Below, one piece after another: positions 21,511 to 29,210 of a stretch of DNA of 64,000 nucleotides. Each line of letters opens with the position of its first letter. The first letter of the stretch is position 1. The notes below the pieces were generated by a model. It was not told where the DNA came from and ran no database searches. It saw nothing but the letters and a program-made list of their open reading frames with translations. The stretch lies in the NCBI GenBank assembly GCA_963702005.1, contig OY969696.1, forward strand, positions 928,001 through 992,000, read 5' to 3'. The stretch comes from Candidatus Aminicenantes bacterium (GTDB lineage Bacteria; Acidobacteriota; Aminicenantia; Aminicenantales; JAFGBC01). Position numbers and translations under genes: made by a program.

Positions 21511-22272
21511 CTATTTCTTTCCCCAGCCCAGGCACTCCATCTGCCGGAAGAGGTAGTCGTAGCTCGGCCGGTCCCAGGTGTTTTGGCCCATGTACTTGAA
21601 CTGGAGCGTCCCGGCCGCATCGATGAGCATGACGGTGGGGATGTTCTGGTCGATCTTGCTCCCGCTCCATTCCGCGGCGAAGATGCCCAGGCCGCCCGTG
21701 ACGACGCGGGCGGCGTCGATGAGGATGGGGAAGGGGGTCGGGACGTCGCCTTTCTTGAAGAGAAGGTCCTTGGGGAGGCCCTTGCGGAGGCGCCCCATGC
21801 GGGCTTTCCCATTTTCGTCGAGCTTGTCCGGCTCGGCCGGATACTTCCAGCCGTGGAGCTTTTCGAGCTGGTCGGGCATGGCGTCGATCCAGGCCTGGAC
21901 GGTCTCCTTCGGGTAGGGGAGGACATAGAGGATGTCGAGGTTGAACTTCTTGCGGACGGACTCGGTCCGCTCCAGCTCGACGAGATCCGCGTAAAAATAA
22001 TTGCAGATCGTGCACCAATAGTTCTCGGCGGCGTAGCCGCGCGGGAAGACGACGAGGACGTTTTTCCCCTTGAGCTTGGAAAGCGTGACTTCGGGGCCCT
22101 GGAGGGAGGGAAGGGTGAAGTCGGGCATGGGCTGGCCGACGGTGACGGGCTTGATCTCGGGGGCCGGGGTCTGCGCGCGGAGCGCGGCCGGCGCGAGCGC
22201 CGCCAGAATAAACGCGGCGGATATTCCGATGACTTCAACGGTTTGAGGAAGGCCTTTTCTCTGTCTGAACAT
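21511..22272 (-). CDS. Exported redoxin (AhpC/TSA) family protein
   Basis: VGQPMPDFTLPS, LKGKNVLVVFPRG, WCTIC CxxC; GAGGAG RBS. Confidence 0.8.
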   Translation of the reverse strand: MFRQRKGLPQTVEVIGISAAFILAALAPAALRAQTPAPEIKPVTVGQPMPDFTLPSLQGPEVTLSKLKGKNVLVVFPRGYAAENYWCTICNYFYADLVELERTESVRKKFNLDILYVLPYPKETVQAWIDAMPDQLEKLHGWKYPAEPDKLDENGKARMGRLRKGLPKDLLFKKGDVPTPFPILIDAARVVTGGLGIFAAEWSGSKIDQNIPTVMLIDAAGTLQFKYMGQNTWDRPSYDYLFRQMECLGWGKK

Positions 22273-22315
22273 GACTCCTCCTAATCCGGAGATGGAATAA
22301 GTATAGTTTTTTTTA

Positions 22316-22344
22316 TTGACAATGTGAATCTTCTTTTTTATAGT
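22316..22344 (+). promoter_or_regulatory. sigma70-type promoter for the TPR-CHAT gene
   Basis: TTGACA (22316-21), 17 bp spacer, TATAGT (22339-44). Confidence 0.7.
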
Positions 22345-22388
22345 TCGTCTCAATATAGGAGCCTGAAGTAGAAAGGGCCTCGGGAGGG

Positions 22389-25277
22389 GTGTCCATGTGT
22401 CTGGTCCGGCGTGCGCTAATTCTTTTAATCTCTCTGGGTTGCTCCTGCGGCTGGGCTGCTCAACGCAGTGGATTTCTCGGATACGCTGAGTCCGCGTTGA
22501 AAGGGGACCGGGAATACCGGGCCGGCCGATACCGAGAAGCGGGCCTCATCTACCAAGAGGCGCTACGAGCGGCCGAGGAGCTTGCCTACGGAGGCGGACA
22601 GGTCCATAGCTTGATGATGATCGGTGTCTCCTCTTGGAACCAGGGAGACCTTGACGCGTCCGAGCAATGGTATTCACGTGCACAGGGTTTGGCAAGAAAA
22701 GCCGGACTTCCCGAAGAGGAAAAAACCTGCTCTTCAGCCCTTGAGATCGTTCGCCTCTATCGGGAAGGCAAGGCACAGAGAATCGAAAGGGAATTCGCCC
22801 TCTCCCTCGCTTCCTTCGACAGGGCTATCCGGTTGTCGCGGAAGATCGGGAGTGAAGCTCATGAGGCCAAGTGCCTTCGACAGATGAGCTTAGCCTACTG
22901 GGAGACCGATCGTCTCGACGAATTCCGGGCTTCCAACGAAAAAGCGCTAGTCCTGGCCAGAAAACTCAATCATCGTTTGGAGGTAGCTAGATGTATGAAT
23001 AATTTAGGCATTTATTTTGACAGGAAAGAAGAATATCCTGAAGCCTTTAATTTTTTTGAGGAAAGCTTAAAGATATTTAGAAGCCAGAAAATAACTTTTG
23101 AAGAGTCAAATGTTCTAAGCAATTTTGGCAGAATATATCTAAATTTGGGCGATTATAAAAAAGCACTTGGCTATTTTAATAAAGCTATGGAACTAGACTC
23201 AAACAACAACGACTACAATAATCTCTCGATTGATTTAATGAATATTGGTCTCGTTTTTCGAAACAAAGGAGAAAATAATAAAGATGATCGTTGTTTAGAA
23301 ACGGCGATTTCTTATTATAAAAATTCATATTGTTATATCACCAACAAGAAACTTGAGGTTCAACTTCAAAATAATATTGGATATGCGTTGGCAAATCTTA
23401 AGCTCTTTTCACAAGCGATAAGGTATTTTTCTTCAGCTTTGAAGAAAGCTCGGGAACTGGATGACCTTGAAGCCGTTAGTACATTAATTTCTAATATTAG
23501 TTCTCTATATGTTGAACAGGGGTACTACAAAGATGCAATAGTCAACTATGAAGAGGCTATAAGGATTGCCTCAAAGATCGGATTCAATAGCGCCCTCTGG
23601 GGGGCCTATCTTGGTCTCGGCCAGTCCTGGGAGCTGGCTGGGAATGATGCCATCGCCGAGGCATGCTATCGGAAATCGATCGATTGCATCGAACGGCTGC
23701 GCAGTCGTGTCTTCGGCGATGAGTTCAAGATCGTTTTTTTCGAGAATAAAGTAAGTGCCTATGAACGGCTGGCCGGACTCCTCTATCGCCGTTATGCAAT
23801 AGACCCGAAGATGAGCTTGAAAAGGGAGATGTTTCGCGTCGTGGAGCGTGCCAAAGGCCGGGCGTTCCTGGACGCTCTGGCCAAGGACAACGACGAGACG
23901 GACCTCGACCTCGGCCTTAAGAACAAAGAAAAGGAGCTTTCCCGGCAGATTACCGAAATCATCTCCGGGCTGGCGAAAGCTGATCATAACGGGCGTCTTT
24001 CGAAGGATCTTTTTGAACGCCTCAGCCTAAAGGAAGATGAGTACGCGAGACTTGCCGCCCGAGTCCAAGCTGAACGATCCGTAAATAAACCCCAGAACGG
24101 CGCCACCCCCTATGACTTGGAGGATGTTCAAAACCGGCTCTTGGATGAAAAAACCGGTCTTCTGGAATATTTTTTAGGGGACAAGGCTTCCTGGCTCTTT
24201 TTCGTGACCAAGACGGATTGCGACATTTTTGAGCTGCCGTCCCGGAAGGCCATTGAGGATTCGGTGAAGGCCTTCGTAAAGCTCATCGCCCTGCCCGGGT
24301 CCGGGCCTTTCCCGGGAGATGCCGCGGCGAGGCGCATCTACCGGGAACTCCTGTTTTCCCTCGATAAAGACTGCGCCCTGTCTCTGGAACGCCTCATCAT
24401 CATCCCGGACGGACCGCTCTGCTGTCTTCCTTTCGAAGCGCTGATCTCCGATGATCGGGAGCCTGAACATCTTCCGGCTTATCTTATCCGTCGCTACCAA
24501 GTGTCCTATGCTCCTTCCTCATCTTCCTTGTTGCTTCTTAGGGAAAAAGCCCGGCCGGAACTTCCCCGAGGGGGCAAAGACCTCTTGGCCGTCGGGAATC
24601 CGGACTGTGCTCCCGAGTCGCCGCTCGGCTTCTTGCCCAGACCCGGTTATGGGGCCGCTCTGAGGGATTATTTTATGAACCAGGGATTCGTTTTTTCGCG
24701 ACTTCCCTATGCCGAGAAGGAGGTTCGTGAAATTGCGGCCTTCTTCCCCGGGTCTCGGAGAGACATCTACCTTAATACCGAGGCCACGGAGGAAACGGTC
24801 AAGAGATTATCCCTTCAAGATTTTAAAATCCTTCATTTCGCCTGTCACGGTTTCATGGATGAAGAAGAGCCGATGAGGTCGGCCTTGGTCCTTGCCCTCG
24901 ACCAGGATCGGGCGGAGGATGGGTTCCTGCAGGCCCGTGAGATCAGCTCCCTCAAGCTCAATGCCGACCTGGTCGTTCTCTCGGCCTGCCAGACAGCCCG
25001 CGGCAGCTTGAAACGCGGTGAGGGCCTCATGGATCTGTCACGGTGCTTTTTCCGGGCCGGCGCTCGTTCGGTGGTCGCATCCTTGTGGCGGATTGAGGAC
25101 CGAGCTACGGCTGGATTCATGAAGAACTTCTATGCCGCCCTCGTCGGAGGGAAGACGAAGGCCCAGGCTCTAAGGGCCGCCAAGCTCGCGATGATTCGGT
25201 CGGACTTCGCCTTCCCGTTCTATTGGGCGGGATTCATCCTGAGCGGGGACGCACAATCCTCGATCCCCCGGGAATGA
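22389..25277 (+). CDS. TPR-CHAT domain protease (caspase/HetF-like) with signal peptide
   Basis: Multiple TPRs (NNLG/NNIG), ERAKGRAFLD, IIPDGPL..LPFEAL, LHFACHG (His), VLSACQT (Cys), SLWRIED, PFYWAGF. Confidence 0.92.
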   Translation: MSMCLVRRALILLISLGCSCGWAAQRSGFLGYAESALKGDREYRAGRYREAGLIYQEALRAAEELAYGGGQVHSLMMIGVSSWNQGDLDASEQWYSRAQGLARKAGLPEEEKTCSSALEIVRLYREGKAQRIEREFALSLASFDRAIRLSRKIGSEAHEAKCLRQMSLAYWETDRLDEFRASNEKALVLARKLNHRLEVARCMNNLGIYFDRKEEYPEAFNFFEESLKIFRSQKITFEESNVLSNFGRIYLNLGDYKKALGYFNKAMELDSNNNDYNNLSIDLMNIGLVFRNKGENNKDDRCLETAISYYKNSYCYITNKKLEVQLQNNIGYALANLKLFSQAIRYFSSALKKARELDDLEAVSTLISNISSLYVEQGYYKDAIVNYEEAIRIASKIGFNSALWGAYLGLGQSWELAGNDAIAEACYRKSIDCIERLRSRVFGDEFKIVFFENKVSAYERLAGLLYRRYAIDPKMSLKREMFRVVERAKGRAFLDALAKDNDETDLDLGLKNKEKELSRQITEIISGLAKADHNGRLSKDLFERLSLKEDEYARLAARVQAERSVNKPQNGATPYDLEDVQNRLLDEKTGLLEYFLGDKASWLFFVTKTDCDIFELPSRKAIEDSVKAFVKLIALPGSGPFPGDAAARRIYRELLFSLDKDCALSLERLIIIPDGPLCCLPFEALISDDREPEHLPAYLIRRYQVSYAPSSSSLLLLREKARPELPRGGKDLLAVGNPDCAPESPLGFLPRPGYGAALRDYFMNQGFVFSRLPYAEKEVREIAAFFPGSRRDIYLNTEATEETVKRLSLQDFKILHFACHGFMDEEEPMRSALVLALDQDRAEDGFLQAREISSLKLNADLVVLSACQTARGSLKRGEGLMDLSRCFFRAGARSVVASLWRIEDRATAGFMKNFYAALVGGKTKAQALRAAKLAMIRSDFAFPFYWAGFILSGDAQSSIPRE

Positions 25278-26000
25278 TTAATCGTCCCTGGAGAATCGCT
25301 GAAGAGGGGAGGAGATCCGGACTCCGTTCCGAGTTAGCGCGGTCACCATCCAGGACCAGCTGCCGCGCCGGGGAATTTGCCGCGCGAAGAACTCCGGCAG
25401 GCGGTATTCCCGAACCTTGAGGTCCGGGACGCTTACAACGGGGAACAGGGCTTCATCGAATATTTCCAGCTGGAACACATCTACATCGAAGGAGGCTTCC
25501 CACCGGAACGTTAATAGATTAGGCGGGGCGGCCATTCGTTTTGGCTTGATGAGTTTGATGGAGGCCGCCTCGGCGCCGCGTTGTCCGATTCCGGAGGGCC
25601 GGGTGCCGGGAACGTGATCCCGGGCGAGCTTAAGAAGCCCGAAAGCCAGGCAGATCCCTACCAGGACGGTGGCGTATCTCCAGATAAGGCGCATCGCGAA
25701 AGATCCGATCTTGGGCTTGGGTATGGCAGACGTATCTGCGGAAAGCCGTTCGATCCCTCGGACGAGCAGGGATTCCTGCTTACGGATTGCCCTCAGGAAG
25801 TCAAACTCTTCCGCGCATAGCGCACATTGAGAGATGTGGACGATGAGATCTTCCCTCCGGCGCCTCTCTGGTTCCTCGTCGATCAGGTCCAGGATGTCTT
25901 CGAATGAAGGACAATCGGTCCGGGACGAGGGAGTCCGGCTTTTTAAGAAAGCTTGATAGAGGGATTTCAATCCCTCATCATCGATCTTCATGGGAGACAT
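25278..26000 (-). CDS. Zinc-finger (ZAS-type) transmembrane anti-sigma factor
   Basis: HISQCALC (HxxxCxxC), single TM, C-terminal beta-rich domain; overlaps the ECF sigma stop. Confidence 0.75.
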   Translation of the reverse strand: MSPMKIDDEGLKSLYQAFLKSRTPSSRTDCPSFEDILDLIDEEPERRRREDLIVHISQCALCAEEFDFLRAIRKQESLLVRGIERLSADTSAIPKPKIGSFAMRLIWRYATVLVGICLAFGLLKLARDHVPGTRPSGIGQRGAEAASIKLIKPKRMAAPPNLLTFRWEASFDVDVFQLEIFDEALFPVVSVPDLKVREYRLPEFFARQIPRRGSWSWMVTALTRNGVRISSPLQRFSRDD

Positions 26001-26541
26001 CCCTTTTAGCCAGCATCTTTCTCAGGTCGGACAAGCCCCGGTAGAGAAGATTCCGGGTCTTATCCTTACTCCAGCCGTAAAACGCAGCGATTTCGTCAAT
26101 GCTCATATTGAGGAGAAACAGACTGACGGCCTTCCTCCGGGACTCAAGCAAGGCATCGACGGCCTTTCCGATGAAGAGATGGAGGTGCCGGCTTTCCGGA
26201 TGACGGGCCCAATATCCGATCTGGACTTCGGAGATCACGTTCTGTTTTTCGATCAGCATGAGCCCTTCCTCGCGTTTGCATTTTCTAAGCTGATCGATGA
26301 CGGAGGAGTCGACGATCTTTTTAATGTAGGAAGCGTAGTTCTGGATGGGTTTTTCGTCCTGGACGATCTTCCAGATCTTGAGACGGACTTCCTGGGCGAT
26401 ATCCTCGGCATCCAGGCCGAACCGCTGAAGGTTGTACCTCAGGATTTGATGGCGGATGAACTGGGCGAAGCGGCTGATAAGTTCCTTAAACAATTCCTGT
26501 TTAGAAAGATCCCCGGCCATTGATTTCCCGCATTTTAGCAT
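25978..26541 (-). CDS. ECF-type RNA polymerase sigma factor
   Basis: DAEDIAQEV..KIW region 2, MSIDEIAAFYGWS..KTRNLLYRG region 4; 187 aa. Confidence 0.88.
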   Translation of the reverse strand: MLKCGKSMAGDLSKQELFKELISRFAQFIRHQILRYNLQRFGLDAEDIAQEVRLKIWKIVQDEKPIQNYASYIKKIVDSSVIDQLRKCKREEGLMLIEKQNVISEVQIGYWARHPESRHLHLFIGKAVDALLESRRKAVSLFLLNMSIDEIAAFYGWSKDKTRNLLYRGLSDLRKMLAKRDVSHEDR

Positions 26542-26716
26542 TTTGGGTCAGAACGAGCAATCATCCTTCCTTATTAATAAAGATGTACGAGGAGACGAAT
26601 TTTTCTCATTGGGACGAATACGAGGAGAAACTGAGATTGTTCAGGCCCGGAGGGCGTTCTTTATTGTAAATCGGCCGCTTTCGTCAGGGAGGAATCAGAG
26701 TCGTGGACGCCGGGGT

Positions 26717-27673
26717 ATGGAAACGAGGATTATCGGTTCAAGCAAGGCCATCCGAGACAGCCTTGAGTTTGTGACCCGAGTGGCCAGAAGCGACAAGAAC
26801 GTCCTCCTCTTGGGCGAGACCGGAACGGGGAAGGACCTCATGGCCAGGCGTATCCACGAGCTCAGCGATCGCTGGGCAAGACCGTATGTCGTCATGAATT
26901 GTTCGAATATTCCGGAGGGACTTTTCGAGGCCGAGCTATTCGGGTTCCGGCGGGGTGCGTTCACGGGCGCCGATCGTGACAAGGTCGGACTTCTTGAGGT
27001 TGCACGGGATGGGACGGCCTTCCTGGATGAGGTCGGGGAGCTACCGTTGCTTCTCCAGGCTAAGCTTCTGCGAATCATCGACAAGCGCGAGCTCCGTCCG
27101 GTTGGAGATACGATCATGAGACGTATCGAGGCCCGCTTTATTTTTGCCACAAACAGGGACCTCGGGGAGGAGGCTCGGTCCGGACGATTCCGAATGGATC
27201 TCTACTTCCGGATCAGCGTCGTCCGCTTTAAGATTCCTCCTCTCCGGGACCGGAAAGAAGATATCCCCCTGCTGGTGGCGCATATTTTGGAAAGGCATGC
27301 TGGGCCTTCTAACCGTGTCCTATGCCTCACCAGGGAGGCACTTGACAAACTGGTGCGCTATGATTTTCCTGGCAATGTCAGGGAGCTCGAGAACATCCTC
27401 GATAGGGCCGCTCTGCTCGCCGAGGGATCAGTCATCCATCGGAAAGATCTTCAGTGGGAGGAGGATCGGGGTCGCACGCAAGAAAGGCGGACTGTGCGCC
27501 TCAGCGCCGATGAGCTGAAAAAAGCGCTCGATATTCACCGCTGGAATAAATCTCGGGCCGCACGCGAACTCAGGACAAGTCGACGCCATCTCTACCGGCT
27601 GTTGAGAAAATACGGGCTTGCGAACGGCGTCCGGGACGGCCGGCGCCGGGAAGATCGGAGCGGCCGAGCTTGA
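26717..27673 (+). CDS. sigma54-dependent Fis-family activator (AAA+ and HTH, no sensory domain)
   Basis: GETGTGKD, ELFG..RGAFTGA, FLDEVGEL, FRMDLYFR, PGNVRELEN, C-terminal HTH; start METRIIG. Confidence 0.9.
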   Translation: METRIIGSSKAIRDSLEFVTRVARSDKNVLLLGETGTGKDLMARRIHELSDRWARPYVVMNCSNIPEGLFEAELFGFRRGAFTGADRDKVGLLEVARDGTAFLDEVGELPLLLQAKLLRIIDKRELRPVGDTIMRRIEARFIFATNRDLGEEARSGRFRMDLYFRISVVRFKIPPLRDRKEDIPLLVAHILERHAGPSNRVLCLTREALDKLVRYDFPGNVRELENILDRAALLAEGSVIHRKDLQWEEDRGRTQERRTVRLSADELKKALDIHRWNKSRAARELRTSRRHLYRLLRKYGLANGVRDGRRREDRSGRA

Positions 27674-27698
27674 CTTTCCGGGCCGGATTACCTAAGAT
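27670..27698 (+). promoter_or_regulatory. sigma70-type promoter for the GT2 gene
   Basis: TTGACT, 17 bp spacer, TAAGAT. Confidence 0.5.
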
Positions 27699-27802
27699 GG
27701 AGGCTCTTTAGCGAGGACGATCGAGCATCCTTCGGATCTTTCCCCCCGAGCTGAGCCCGAATGCGATGTCTTTCGTCACGCGGGATTGACAAGGCTTAAA
27801 CG

Positions 27803-29188
27803 ATGCGAGAAGAGATTATCGACGACCTGGAAGCTCCCGTCCGGCCGCGGCCGCTTCTGGGAGAGCTCCCTTTTCTCAGGGAGAATTTCGACCCGATCGC
27901 CTTTTTCCTGATCCTTATCGCCGGCGCGGCCGTCCTGATCATGGCCCTCAAGCTTCGCCTCTTCCCGCTCTGGATCGAATTTCTGAACAGCAACGCTTTT
28001 CTCAGGGTCTCGACCTATCCTCTCCTCATCTCGGCCGTCATCATCCTGGCCGGCCTCATCTTCCAGACCTATTTTTGGACCCGCTACAAGCCTTTGACGC
28101 CCCGCCCCGGGGAGAGCGTTGACTGGCCGTTCGTTTCCGTCATTATGCCCGCCCTCAACGAGGAGGAGCTTGTCGGGAAGTCGATCGACTCCATTTTTGC
28201 CGCGGATTATCCGGCCGACAGGCTCGAGGTCGTCTGCGTCAACGACGGCTCGACGGACATGACCTACTACCACATGCTTCGAGCCCGCCAGAAGTACGGG
28301 AACCGGGTCAAGGTCATCCACTTTCGGAAGAACCTCGGCAAACGCCATGCATTCTACGCCGGCCTCAAGAAATCGAGGGGCGAAATCATCGTCAGCGTCG
28401 ACACGGACAGCCGGATCGGGCGGAGCGCCCTCAAGAACATCGTCCTTCCCCTGATTCGCGACGAGCGGACCGGCGCCGTCGCCGGCCGGGTGGCGGCCCT
28501 CAATGAGAAGGACAATCTTCTAACCCGCATGCTTGCGATTCGCTACTCGATCTCCTTCGATTTTGGACGAGCCTATCAAAGCGTCTTCGGGACGGTCCTG
28601 GTTTGTCCGGGCGCGCTGACGGCCTATCGGAGAAGCCTGCTGATGAAATTCATCCGCGGCTGGCTGAATCAGACGTTTTGGGGGGCGCCCTGCAAGCACG
28701 GCGAGGACCGGGCCCTGACGAACGAAATCCTCAAGCTCGGCTATTTCACGCGCTACCAATCGAACGCAGTCGTATATACGCAGATTCCGCCCCGGATCCG
28801 GCAGATGAATCGCATGTATCTGCGTTGGACCCGAAGCTATGTCCGAGAGACCATCCTGTTCGCCAGGTTCATGTTCACCAAATATCGGAAGGAACACCGG
28901 CTGCTTCCGATCTTCGATTTCATCATCCTCAACCTCCTCCACCCCTTCCATCTACTGGCCGTGGCCGTTATCGCCTATTCGTTCGTCGTCAATCCCCTGT
29001 TCATCATCCGCCATCTGGCTTTCCTGGTCGCAACCTCTTTCGTCCTGTCCCTCTATAATCTGCGGACAAACCGGAGCCTGTCTTTTCTGTACGGGGTCCC
29101 TTACGCGATGGTGACGGCTTTCCTGCTCTGGTGGATCGTTCCCTACTCGTTTTTGACCCTCAGAAACCAGTCCTGGCTGACCCGCTGA
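27803..29188 (+). CDS. Processive GT2 glycosyltransferase, hyaluronan synthase/NodC-like
   Basis: VNDGSTD, GKRHA, VDTDS, CPGALTAYR, GEDRALTN, RWTRS; N- and C-terminal TMs. Confidence 0.85.
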   Translation: MREEIIDDLEAPVRPRPLLGELPFLRENFDPIAFFLILIAGAAVLIMALKLRLFPLWIEFLNSNAFLRVSTYPLLISAVIILAGLIFQTYFWTRYKPLTPRPGESVDWPFVSVIMPALNEEELVGKSIDSIFAADYPADRLEVVCVNDGSTDMTYYHMLRARQKYGNRVKVIHFRKNLGKRHAFYAGLKKSRGEIIVSVDTDSRIGRSALKNIVLPLIRDERTGAVAGRVAALNEKDNLLTRMLAIRYSISFDFGRAYQSVFGTVLVCPGALTAYRRSLLMKFIRGWLNQTFWGAPCKHGEDRALTNEILKLGYFTRYQSNAVVYTQIPPRIRQMNRMYLRWTRSYVRETILFARFMFTKYRKEHRLLPIFDFIILNLLHPFHLLAVAVIAYSFVVNPLFIIRHLAFLVATSFVLSLYNLRTNRSLSFLYGVPYAMVTAFLLWWIVPYSFLTLRNQSWLTR

Positions 29189-29210
29189 CACGCCTTTTCC
29201 GAGTTCCCTG

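Noticed and set aside
26456-26716. N-terminal extension of the sigma54 activator in the ORF track
   Set aside because: Overlaps the divergent ECF gene and its promoter region; the ATG at 26717 fits the domain start
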